Below, piece after piece: positions 1 through 9,235 of a stretch of DNA of 25,929 bases. Both the position numbers and the translations under genes were made by a program. Position 1 is the stretch's first letter; each line of letters starts with the position of its first letter. This stretch comes from Tubiluchus corallicola. Its lineage: Eukaryota > Animalia > Priapulida. The notes under the pieces were generated by a model. The model made no database searches. It saw nothing but the letters and a program-made list of their open reading frames with translations, and was not told where the DNA came from. The DNA lies in NCBI GenBank assembly GCA_030141605.1, contig JAQGDQ010002469.1:1-25929 (forward strand). Direction: 5' to 3'.

Positions 1-176
1 CTGAATATTACCATGTTTTAGCCTTTTTTTGCAAAGGCCAGATATTCTCCATAGCAAAATTAATATAATTTCTGATAGGGCCTCTGATAATTTCAAAGAC
101 AAGCACAAACATGCATAAGTTTTTCAAAAAAATTCTCTCTGCCAGCCATTCTGTTGTTCTAAGTATTATTCATAAT

Positions 177-320
<144 letters not shown>

Positions 321-851
321 TCAAAATTAGCAAAATACTGTTTAAAAACACTCAGTAAAAATTCTGCAGCTGCAACCTAGTGTAGTCTTCTACACTAGTT
401 AAGCAAGTTCTATTTGTCTAAGTGAACCCAAACATATCCTATACAAGTGTGGTTTTCAATGTCAAATGATTTCAGATGAAAATCTTTTGAGAGGTATAAA
501 TTGTACCTTGTCTAAAAACCAATCAAAATAGAAACTGTTCTATTCTCATTATGATCTATTGTCAGGCATAGAGCTGTTCCCTGATTGGTCAGTTATAAAT
601 AATTAGAAATGTTCAGTGTACATTACAAGAGAAAGGGATATCAGTATAAATATGCATTTAAGTTTTGCTTAAGTTAAGTTAATGCATAGACTATTTGTTT
701 TGTAAAGGAGTCTTTAACAATGAAATTAATCATGATACACTAGTGCAGAACAACGCATACACAATCTGCATGTGCACAAAATTAAATGGAACAGTGACTT
801 ATATACTAGACGAGTTCTCCACAGATATGATTTTCTTAGCAGACTGACACC

Positions 852-1150
852 CAGTAGCGGATAGCCCTATAGGCTGAAGCCTAAGGCCCGGGATCAAAAG
901 GGGCCCGGCAAAATAAAACGAAAAAAAAATTTTTTTTGTAAAAAAAAAATAAATTGACAAAAGAGCAAGGGGCCAGCCAAAATAAAATATAGAAAAAAGT
1001 TTTTTTTTCAAAAGTCAGTCACTATATTTCAAATCGGGTTTACACAAATCAAGTTTGCACAATTTAAACGTTTTAAAAGGCCCGTTCCAACATTTAAAGG
1101 GCCCGTTCCAAGCTCAAGCCTAAGGCCCATAAAATCATAATCCGTCGCTG
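852..1150. mobile_element. Non-autonomous hAT-type DNA transposon (MITE), 299 bp
   Basis: Perfect 8-bp TSD CTGACACC at 844-851 and 1151-1158. Imperfect TIRs CAGTAGCGGAT / ATCCGTCGCTG (8/11). Internal direct repeats AAGCCTAAGGCCC (877-889, 1116-1128) and GGCCCGTTCCAA (1079-1090, 1100-1111), with an A/T-tract core. Confidence 0.85.
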
Positions 1151-1483
1151 CTGACACCTCCACTATCTCCATCACCTCTGCTATTGCTGTTAAAAAATTA
1201 ACAAACTTCCAATTATGGCTAAGACATCTCTGCCAGACTAGTGACTCATTTGCGAAGTTTTCCTGCATTATTAGGCCTTGAATACTACCTACATTGAATA
1301 GGCCTAGCCACTGAGTACTGAATCCTAACTTGCAGTGCATCAAACTTTTTTGTTGTACTTATGTATTTTTTGAACATATTTTTGAACATTCTACGCAATG
1401 TCATGATAACTCTATAAGTACAAAATTCAAATTTTTCAGATCATTATGAGCATAATGTGATACAAACAACTTGCAGTACATAC

Positions 1484-1554
1484 CATTTTGGTTTGTGATT
1501 TAGTAGGCTTAGGATGATCTTCTGATGGTCCAGTCGATTGTAGTGTCTTATTAG
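1484..1554 (-). other. Candidate internal exon (71 nt), possibly an upstream ICA1 exon
   Basis: Acceptor CCTTTTACAG|, open frame xNKTLQSTGPSEDHPKPTKSQTKM, donor |GTATGT. It ends in phase 0, compatible with the phase-0 exon at 177-281. No recognisable homology. Confidence 0.35.
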
Positions 1555-2072
1555 CTGTAAAAGGCGATGATAATATTAGAATGTGTATACAACAGTGTAA
1601 GCTACGCATAGTTGTTTTGCTGGTTCGAAATGTCCAAAAAATCTGAATATATGAACATTACCATTTCTGAAATAACTACTTAAATACAAAAATTTCTAAA
1701 ATGCATTTGTGAACTTTATGAATGGAAAAGAAAGAAATTACAAAAGCTTAAAATTTATGAACTCAAACTGAAGTAAGAAATCCAAGCACAAATAAACTTC
1801 ATGCAAACTATACCAAAAAGCAAAAAAATAGAAACAGAAGAGTCAATAAATAAACCATTTGTAAATAAATGACCAGTGACAACCAGCTACCACAGAATAA
1901 CACTTGCTTTCAGGTAATACAATGACAAATTTTTCCCAAAAACCTTACTAAAAAACATTTCTCCACTAAGTGACTAGACGCAAATTCACCTTACCACGCA
2001 CCAATTCAAAAAAGCGAATTTAACTTCAAACACCTCAACCAGAACTATTAAAAAGTGACATTTAAAGCATAC

Positions 2073-2417
2073 CAAAATTCTCCCGAGTAAGATCCACACA
2101 TTCACTTGTGGCCATAGTTCCTGGTTCTCTATCTTCAATGATATTGCCATCTTCATTGACAAATGGATTGTTTACACCATACTCCTCAGTAAAATTTATA
2201 CTTTTTGGATTATTATCAATTTAGGTTCAGCTGATTCAAAAGCAGCTTGCTCACACAATTTTCGAAAATTTTCTACATCTTGCTCTGTTAGTAGACGATT
2301 AGGGAAACAATATTTTGACAACAGTAACTGAGCTTCGTCAGCCATTACCTGCTTCTGTTTTTTCCTTTGTGCTTACAGTGTTTCATGCTCATTTGATACT
2401 AGACCCAGGATATGGAC
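2073..2417 (-). pseudogene. Degenerate eukaryotic exon-like segment (host pseudo-exon or transposon remnant)
   Basis: Pyrimidine tract plus TAG acceptor (2418-2420) and donor G|GTATGC (GT at 2071-2072). It reads VHILGLVSNEHETL*AQRKKQKQVMADEAQLLLSKYCFPNRLLTEQDVENFRKLCEQAAFESAEPK/IDNNPKSINFTEEYGVNNPFVNEDGNIIEDREPGTMATSECVDLTRENF, with one stop (2373-2375) and one inferred frameshift (~2220). Confidence 0.4.
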
Positions 2418-2459
2418 CTATATTATGAGTGGAAAAACAATTACACGAAAACAATATAT

Positions 2460-2696
2460 AGGAAAGAGACAGAATGTTTTTATTCCCAATTTCATACAGT
2501 TTTCTACTTCTTTCATTAGCAAATCTAATGATAGGCGAGCAATTCCAGGCATAGAATGAATTTTTTCTTTTTTATTAATTCCATCTAATAAAAACATTGG
2601 GTAGATAAGTTCTTGAACCATTACAGTAGTGTTTTCTACTAATTTTCTAATAGTTTCACTTTTTCTGTTTCTTCTAGGTCTATGGATAATGTTCAT
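2460..2696 (-). pseudogene. hemB: Porphobilinogen synthase (ALAD), 5' fragment of ~79 codons
   Basis: HRPRRNR...LIYPMFL...SMPGIARLS...GIKTFCLFP is the HemB N-terminus (full length ~320-330 aa). Similarity stops after P79. The last 13 residues of ORF 2418..2696 are read-through into the flank. Confidence 0.9.
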
Positions 2697-2878
2697 AACA
2701 TGTTAAAGTTTAATGATTATAGATAGAGTACTGCAATAGATTGCAAATAAAAATACTTGAGCCAAATGTAGTAAAAAATCATTAAAAAATGTCAATAATG
2801 TATCAAAAAACTTTACTATTCAGGGCATGATATTTTTATTTTATCTTCATTTTTTTGATATAAAAGAGTAGGAGAGGG

Positions 2879-3946
2879 CTAAAATTTAGAAGGGTCTACT
2901 ACTACATATTTTATTGCTTTTTTCAAGTAGGTGTACGTAATGTGTACCAACCCATCATTTGTTTGGATTATAGAAGGATAAGAGTACTCGCCCTCTTCAT
3001 TTTCAAGTACCAATACTTGTTTCCAAGAGGTGTTATCAGCAGAAATGGCAATATTTAGGGGTGTTTTTTTGCCAACTTTTTCATTATTATTTTTTTTCAC
3101 GTGATTATATACTAACAGTTGGCGTCCATCTTTTAATGTTATTCCATCAATAGCTCCATTTGGATTGGGAAGTGTTGTGGCAGTCATTGCTTGCCATGTT
3201 TTTCCATTGTCATTTGAGGTGGTTTGTACAATAACTCCATTTTTTGTTCTACACAGTGCTATTAGTGTATTATTAGAAGTAAATAAAATGGTAGGTTGTA
3301 TCGCATCATACTTTTTGTTATTGTCCACAGGCTTGGTTTTATTCCAAGTTATCCCTAAGTCAGTAGTGTATTCAAAATGTACTTTCCATCCATTATTTTC
3401 TGAGCTTGAAGGGCACAAGATTGTTTTATCAGAGAGTTGCACAGGTTTGTTTTTTACAGCCCCCACAATGCCTTCGGGTAGTACGGTTCCATCTGTCCAG
3501 TTGTCACCATAATCATCAGATGTGGTTAACTCTCCCCACCATGTACTTGGGCTGTTGCCCACTTTATAGAACATCATCAAATGGTTCTCTTTTGGTAAAA
3601 AAAGAACAGGGTTCCAACAGGCATAACGTTGTTTTTTTTGGGGTCTTATTCCATTAATTACCTCTTTAGGCTTAGAAAAACTACTATTTTCTTTTTTTGC
3701 AAGCCAAATGCTTACATCATTTGCTCTCTCTTTGGATCCGCTGACAAATGCTATTAAAATTCCTTTTGGAGTGGCAACTAATGTAGAAGTGTGACACATT
3801 GGAGCGGGGCTTTCGATGAGTTCATTTTTTACATAGCCTGCTTGTTGTTCTATTATTACTTTTTTATTTTTTTGTTTCAAATTACAGCCAAACACAGTAG
3901 CTAATACAAAAGCTACCAAGAATAAATTATATATTATAGATTTCAA
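2879..3946 (-). CDS. BNR/Asp-box repeat sialidase-like beta-propeller lipoprotein
   Basis: Lipobox-like VFGC. Asp-boxes SDDYGDNW, TTDLGITW, SNDNGKTW, plus WNPVLF, LPNPN and EYSYPSIIQ motifs of BNR_2-type proteins. TTG start. Confidence 0.85.
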   Translation of the reverse strand: MKSIIYNLFLVAFVLATVFGCNLKQKNKKVIIEQQAGYVKNELIESPAPMCHTSTLVATPKGILIAFVSGSKERANDVSIWLAKKENSSFSKPKEVINGIRPQKKQRYACWNPVLFLPKENHLMMFYKVGNSPSTWWGELTTSDDYGDNWTDGTVLPEGIVGAVKNKPVQLSDKTILCPSSSENNGWKVHFEYTTDLGITWNKTKPVDNNKKYDAIQPTILFTSNNTLIALCRTKNGVIVQTTSNDNGKTWQAMTATTLPNPNGAIDGITLKDGRQLLVYNHVKKNNNEKVGKKTPLNIAISADNTSWKQVLVLENEEGEYSYPSIIQTNDGLVHITYTYLKKAIKYVVVDPSKF

Positions 3947-3973
3947 ATTGTTGTTGTTAACTAGGGTTGATAA

Positions 3974-4963
3974 TTAAATTAATTGATGTTCTACTGTATA
4001 TTTTGCAATTTGCAAAGCGTTAGTGGCAGCGCCTATTCTCAAATTGTCGCCTACTATCCACATGTTTAAAGTTTTAGGTTGGGTTTCATCGCGCCTAACT
4101 CTTCCAACAAAAACTTCATTTTTTCCATGAGATAAAATAGGCATTGGATAGAGATTATTTTGCACATCATCTTGCAATATAACAGAAGGGGTCTTTTTTA
4201 GAATTTCAAGTACATGATTTATATCAAACTCATCATAAAACTCTACATTTACTGCCTCTGAATGCCCTCCAATAGTAGGAATTCTTACCGCAGTAGCAGT
4301 TACTTGAATATGTTCGTCGTTAAAAATTTTTTTAGTTTCATTAACCATTTTCATTTCTTCTTTTGTGTATCCATTTTCAAAAAAAGCATCTATATGAGGA
4401 AGTACATTTAAATCTATATTATAAGGATACACTTTTTCATGGGGAATGTTTTTTCTTTCTCCCATAAGTTGTTCTACGGCTTTTTTCCCTGTTCCCGTCA
4501 CTGATTGATAGGTAGATATTACTACTCTTTTGAGCCTATATGCTTCATGTAATTTACTTAAAGCAATAACCAATTGTATAGTGGAACAATTGGGGTTGGC
4601 AATAATTTTATCTTGCTTTGTCAAAGTATTGGCATTGATGGAAGGGACTATCAATTTTTTATCTTTGTCTATTCGCCATGCAGAAGAGTTGTCTATTACA
4701 GTAGTTCCTACTGCAGCAAATTTAGGAGCATACATTAATGAAATAGAGGAGCCTGCTGAAAAGATAGCAATATTTGGTTTTTTGCTAATAGCGTCTTCTA
4801 TAGAAAGAATTTTATATGTTTTTTCTTTAAAAGATATTTTTTTATTTACTGACTTTTCAGATGCGACCAATAGCAACTCATCAAAAGGAAAATTGAGTTC
4901 GTCAATTACTTTTAAAATTTCACTTCCTACCAACCCTGTTATACCTACAATAGCTAATTTCAT
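3974..4963 (-). CDS. asd: Aspartate-semialdehyde dehydrogenase
   Basis: GITGLVG Rossmann motif, VIDNSSAWR, catalytic ANPNCSTIQ, STYQSVTGTG, GHSE and DNLRIGAATNA. Confidence 0.97.
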   Translation of the reverse strand: MKLAIVGITGLVGSEILKVIDELNFPFDELLLVASEKSVNKKISFKEKTYKILSIEDAISKKPNIAIFSAGSSISLMYAPKFAAVGTTVIDNSSAWRIDKDKKLIVPSINANTLTKQDKIIANPNCSTIQLVIALSKLHEAYRLKRVVISTYQSVTGTGKKAVEQLMGERKNIPHEKVYPYNIDLNVLPHIDAFFENGYTKEEMKMVNETKKIFNDEHIQVTATAVRIPTIGGHSEAVNVEFYDEFDINHVLEILKKTPSVILQDDVQNNLYPMPILSHGKNEVFVGRVRRDETQPKTLNMWIVGDNLRIGAATNALQIAKYTVEHQLI

Positions 4964-5017
4964 ATTTGTTTATTATCAATTTTATCTCTTATTTATTTAT
5001 AAAATACCATCAGTAGT

Positions 5018-6016
5018 TTATCTGTCATCTGACTTAAATTTCACTCCCACTTGTTGCCTAGCTTCATCTATTATTTGCATCACGTTTTTTGATAATTGAA
5101 ACGTATTTATACTTGATTCTATCTTTTTTTGTTGGAGCATTTCAATAAAGTGCTTCACTTCATAAAGCAATTTGGTGTTTTGATGCTTTACGGAAATGTC
5201 TTCCTCTGTTCCATCGTTATAGTGGATTTTTACCCCTTCAACATTGGATATTTTCCGAATTACAATTGTTCCTTTCTCTCCCTGTATTTCACTGGGAATA
5301 AAGGAGTTTGTTATTTTTGATGAAAACACAGTAGCTTCAATGTCATCATTATATTTGAGTAATAGAGTTGTGGAACCATCTATTTTTGAAGGTAGAATAT
5401 TTGATATAGATTTTATTTGTTTAGGCATACCAAATAGATCTATACACACGTATAATGGGTATATTCCAATGTCCATAAGTGATCCTGTTCCAAACTCTGG
5501 ATTAAAAATATTAGGCAATCTTTTCCCTTCCTTAAATGCTTCGTATTGCGAAGAGTATTGACAGTAGTTACCAATATATTTTCTTATTTTCCCTATTTTA
5601 TATAGGTTTTTTTTCACCTCCAAATAGTTGGGCATAAATGTCGTTTTCATGGCTTCCATAAGCAGTACTTTGTTTTTTTGAGCTGCTTGTATCATGCTTT
5701 CTACTTCGTGTAGGTTGGTAGCTAATGGTTTTTCACACAATACATGTTTTTTATACCTTAAAAACATAGAGGCTTGCGAAGAATGCCATGAGTTTGGAGA
5801 AGCAATGTAAACGGCATCTATTGTGTCGCTTTTTGCCATAGCTTCTATATTTGTAAATGTATTTGAAACTTGATGTTTTTGAGCAAATTCTTTTGCTCTT
5901 TCTTCTGAGCGACTATATACCGCATTTAATGCAAAATCAGGCAAATTTTTCCCTGATTCAATAAAGGAGTCTGTTATCCAGTTTGTGCCTATAATTCCAA
6001 ATTTTATTTTTTTCAT
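5018..6016 (-). CDS. Gfo/Idh/MocA family oxidoreductase (YgjR/IolU-like)
   Basis: FGIIGTNWIT, AVYIASPNSWH, HVLCEKP, YCQYSS and GSLMDIGIYP motifs. Confidence 0.9.
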   Translation of the reverse strand: MKKIKFGIIGTNWITDSFIESGKNLPDFALNAVYSRSEERAKEFAQKHQVSNTFTNIEAMAKSDTIDAVYIASPNSWHSSQASMFLRYKKHVLCEKPLATNLHEVESMIQAAQKNKVLLMEAMKTTFMPNYLEVKKNLYKIGKIRKYIGNYCQYSSQYEAFKEGKRLPNIFNPEFGTGSLMDIGIYPLYVCIDLFGMPKQIKSISNILPSKIDGSTTLLLKYNDDIEATVFSSKITNSFIPSEIQGEKGTIVIRKISNVEGVKIHYNDGTEEDISVKHQNTKLLYEVKHFIEMLQQKKIESSINTFQLSKNVMQIIDEARQQVGVKFKSDDR

Positions 6017-6047
6017 GGTACGTTAACCTGTTTTGTTTCTTTTGTTT

Positions 6048-8213
6048 TTATCGATCCCAGTCAATCACATTTTCTAAATTTTGAACGTTAGTATTCTCTT
6101 CTATAAGATCTAAGATACTCTTTTCTTCTGTTATTTCCACCTCTTTTAATTCTACCTCTTTTACTATTTCTTCCTTTTCTTCTTGCTTATCCTTTTTATC
6201 GCTTAATTCTTCACCAAAATCGTCGTACGTTTTGTAGTTAACAATTTTAAACTCTGTTCTTCTATTTTTTTGATGTAGAGTTTCCTGCTCTTCTGTTGTT
6301 TTTTTGCTATTAATTTCTTCATTAGAAACCAGTAATTGAGACTTTCCATATCCTCTGGCTATCAACCGTTCAGAGCTTATATCTTTATTAATGAGGTATT
6401 CTATCACCGACTTGGCCCGTTTGTTTGATAACTCTAAATTATAGGATTCGGTTTGCCTGCTATCTGTGTGAGAACTAATTTCTACAACAATATGTGGGTT
6501 ATCTACTAAAAAAGCAGCAAATTTATCAAGCTCTAGCGCTGCATCAAGACGTATATCCCATTTGTCTAAGTCATAGTAAATATTTTCTAATACGAAGGGC
6601 TTGTTGATAACAATTGGCGAAAGGGTTACTTCTGTTCTAAATATTTTATTAGTAACTAACTGTTTTAAATCCTCTTTAGGTATAGTTTTGCCTTTCATGT
6701 TAAAATAGCTTCTAGATGTAATATAAGCATTTTTTTCCGCAACTAAATAGTACTCTTCTTCGGGGTAAACTTTAAAAGCAAATTCTCCATTTGCGTCACT
6801 TATGGCTTCATTAATCAAAGAGTTATCACTTGCACTAAATATCTTTACTATAGCATTTGGTAGCGCCACGGAATCTTTATCTTCAGTACCCACTGCCTGT
6901 GTTTTTCCTAATACATAGTAATTGATAACTTTTAAGTTGGGATCTTGGTTAACAAACGTATAAATATCATCATCGCCCTTACCGCCAGATCTATCAGATG
7001 AGAAAAAACCACTTGTTGTAGAAAACAAGAAAATGCCAAAATCGTCTGAAGAAGAATTAATGGGATGTCCTAGGTTTTTTACTATTAAATGTCCTTTTTC
7101 TCTTGTTACCATAAAAACATCTAATTTTCCTAATCCTGGGTGACCATCACTAGAAAAATATAACGTCCCATCTTTCGAAACATAAGGAAAAAGCTCATTG
7201 TCTGGAGTGTTTATTTTTTCCCCAAGGTTTCTGACCCTACCAAATTGCCCCCTATTTCCTTTTGTTGCCACATACAGATCTGTTCCGCCATACCCGCCTT
7301 TTCTGTTTGATGCAAAATACAGCATTTTCCCATTGGGAGAAAATGCTGGAGAAGAGTCCCATGCTTTGGGATCGCTAATTAACAACATTTGAGGCTTTGT
7401 CCACCCAAAATTGGTTCGTTGTGATATGTAGAGATTTACTTCTTCTTCTCCTTTTCTCTTTCCTGTATTTCCCTTTGCAAATACAATGGTATTTCCATCT
7501 GGAGAAATAGTAAAGCATGCTTCATGGGTGTTAGGATTGTTAAAGTTATCTCCAAACATTGTTATTGTGGACAGGTCTACTAAGGCACCTTTTGTGGCTG
7601 CTGAATAAATATTTGTAAAAGGGGTTCCTGTTGCTTGATGTATCTGTTTACTCTCGCGGGAAGATGTGAAATATAGAGTATCGTTAAAGTAAAATGGTGC
7701 ATATTCAGAAAAACTTGTGTTGACAGCTTCTAAGTTTTTTACTCTATAATGACCTTTTTGTCGAGTTAAGCTATCAATAATTTTATAAGCATCTATTTCG
7801 CGTTCTATTTTTTGACGTTCTATTTCATTGTCTAATGGCAAAGCATTAAGGGTGTTATTTAAAAAATCTAAAGCTTTATTGTACTTCTTGTTAGCCTGCA
7901 ATGATTTGACATAGTAGTAAGGCAAGCTTTCTTCTTCTAAACCTTCTTCTATGGCTTTTTGGTAATATGAAGTGGATAATTCTATTTTATTGAATTGTCT
8001 GTAGGTTTCTCCTATTTTGAAGTTAGTTTTACCTGTTTCAAAATTTAATGCTATGGCTTTTTCATAATAGGGCAGGGCTAAGTGATAGTCACCTTTTTGT
8101 ACTTTTTTATCACCTTTTTTTATTGCTATTTTCCCGGCATTGCAAGAAATAAACAACAATAATGTTATGTAACATAATATTAACATTAATCTTTTTTGGT
8201 TTATTTTTTGCAT
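6048..8213 (-). CDS. porE: PorE-like lipoprotein (TPR + PD40 propeller + beta-sandwich + OmpA_C peptidoglycan-binding domain)
   Basis: Lipobox FISC, TPR-like N-terminus, PD40 repeats (LYFASNRKGGYGGTDLY, LYFSSDGHPGLGKLDVF), OmpA_C motifs ENIYYDLDK, SSHTDSR, NLELSNKRA and NRRTEF, and an acidic tail. It lies directly downstream of gldN. Orthology versus paralogy to PorE is not established. Confidence 0.8.
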   Translation of the reverse strand: MQKINQKRLMLILCYITLLLFISCNAGKIAIKKGDKKVQKGDYHLALPYYEKAIALNFETGKTNFKIGETYRQFNKIELSTSYYQKAIEEGLEEESLPYYYVKSLQANKKYNKALDFLNNTLNALPLDNEIERQKIEREIDAYKIIDSLTRQKGHYRVKNLEAVNTSFSEYAPFYFNDTLYFTSSRESKQIHQATGTPFTNIYSAATKGALVDLSTITMFGDNFNNPNTHEACFTISPDGNTIVFAKGNTGKRKGEEEVNLYISQRTNFGWTKPQMLLISDPKAWDSSPAFSPNGKMLYFASNRKGGYGGTDLYVATKGNRGQFGRVRNLGEKINTPDNELFPYVSKDGTLYFSSDGHPGLGKLDVFMVTREKGHLIVKNLGHPINSSSDDFGIFLFSTTSGFFSSDRSGGKGDDDIYTFVNQDPNLKVINYYVLGKTQAVGTEDKDSVALPNAIVKIFSASDNSLINEAISDANGEFAFKVYPEEEYYLVAEKNAYITSRSYFNMKGKTIPKEDLKQLVTNKIFRTEVTLSPIVINKPFVLENIYYDLDKWDIRLDAALELDKFAAFLVDNPHIVVEISSHTDSRQTESYNLELSNKRAKSVIEYLINKDISSERLIARGYGKSQLLVSNEEINSKKTTEEQETLHQKNRRTEFKIVNYKTYDDFGEELSDKKDKQEEKEEIVKEVELKEVEITEEKSILDLIEENTNVQNLENVIDWDR

Positions 8214-8252
8214 TCGTGTAATCCTTTACAAGGATGTGGTAATAAATTTATA

Positions 8253-8260
8253 CAAATATA
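8253..8260 (-). promoter_or_regulatory. Bacteroidota -7 promoter element upstream of the porE-like gene
   Basis: TATATTTG on the minus strand matches TAnnTTTG, 40 nt upstream of the start codon. Confidence 0.6.
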
Positions 8261-8301
8261 GATTTTATATAGCAGAATAAAAAGTGAAATCTCGTAACAT
8301 T

Positions 8302-8332
8302 AAAAAAGGGAGAATTTAAGTTCTCCCTTTTT
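8302..8332 (-). terminator. Intrinsic terminator after gldN (potentially bidirectional)
   Basis: AAAAAAGGGAGAA-tttaag-TTCTCCCTTTTT hairpin with A/T tracts on both sides, about 26 nt past the gldN stop. Confidence 0.85.
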
Positions 8333-8358
8333 ATATTTTATGTATACCTTGTTTTTTG

Positions 8359-9219
8359 CTAATATTCCCACAATGTCGCCTCATACTCTATGAGTTGATG
8401 CTCTATTTGTTGTGACTTCATTAAAGCTTCTTTTGGTCCTAAGTTATAAAGATCTTCTATTGGGCTATCTTTAGGATTGGAGATTTTATATATTCTGGCA
8501 TTAAACAAACGCAACATAAAGGCATCAGCAAGATTCATGTTTTTAGCGTCATTAGAAGAGTTGTGCCATTTTGTAATAATTTTTCTATCTCGTAATAATA
8601 CCTCCAATTCTTTGAAATCAAATGCCGCGACAGTTTTTTCTAACCCTGTTGATGTTATATTTGCAGGAATTACCAATTCCAAAGATACAATGTTATATTT
8701 CATTTGGGAGTGTGTTAGGTCAAAAATCAAATTTTCTTTTATTTTAAGCACGGTTAATTCTGAAGGCAAGTAATATTGTGTTTGGTTTGCAGTAGAAGCA
8801 ACTTCGTCTTCTCCCCATCCGTCATCTCCTCCCGCATCTGCACCTACTCCCTCAGGGGCGTCAAACACATCTTCCCCTTCGTCAACTTGTAAGTTTTTAT
8901 AAAATTCTTCTTTAGATATTTTTGTTGTTAAAGAGTCATTAAGATAAGGGGTTAGTTTATTGAACTTAACGCCACTTATCATGGCACTTGTAATACCATG
9001 GTCAGTAACATAAAAAGAAGCATTTTGTGGCTCTGTTAAATCCATTCGCCTCCATATTGTTTTCTTAAAGAATGTTTTTTCTTCAGGGACTTCATATCTA
9101 TGGACAACATCATATCCACGATCTTCTTCTTGTTCTTGTCCTAATACACAGTTATGTTGTGAGTATGTTAACCCTATTATGCAAAGTATTAGAAATGTTT
9201 TAACAACAAGATTTTTCAT
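8359..9219 (-). CDS. gldN: T9SS/gliding motility protein GldN/PorN
   Basis: Signal peptide ending VLG|Q, FKKTIWRRMDL..PQN, DAFMLRLF and C-terminal EYEATLWEY. It follows gldM. Confidence 0.92.
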   Translation of the reverse strand: MKNLVVKTFLILCIIGLTYSQHNCVLGQEQEEDRGYDVVHRYEVPEEKTFFKKTIWRRMDLTEPQNASFYVTDHGITSAMISGVKFNKLTPYLNDSLTTKISKEEFYKNLQVDEGEDVFDAPEGVGADAGGDDGWGEDEVASTANQTQYYLPSELTVLKIKENLIFDLTHSQMKYNIVSLELVIPANITSTGLEKTVAAFDFKELEVLLRDRKIITKWHNSSNDAKNMNLADAFMLRLFNARIYKISNPKDSPIEDLYNLGPKEALMKSQQIEHQLIEYEATLWEY

Positions 9220-9235
9220 GTTTTTTTTATTTTAA

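Noticed and set aside
377-398. Hairpin CTAGTGTAG-tctt-CTACACTAG
   Set aside because: Isolated 9-bp stem in presumed intron with no supporting context.
799-1343. ORFs 799..1011 and 1029..1343
   Set aside because: They cross the MITE boundaries and translate A/T tracts, so they are likely spurious.
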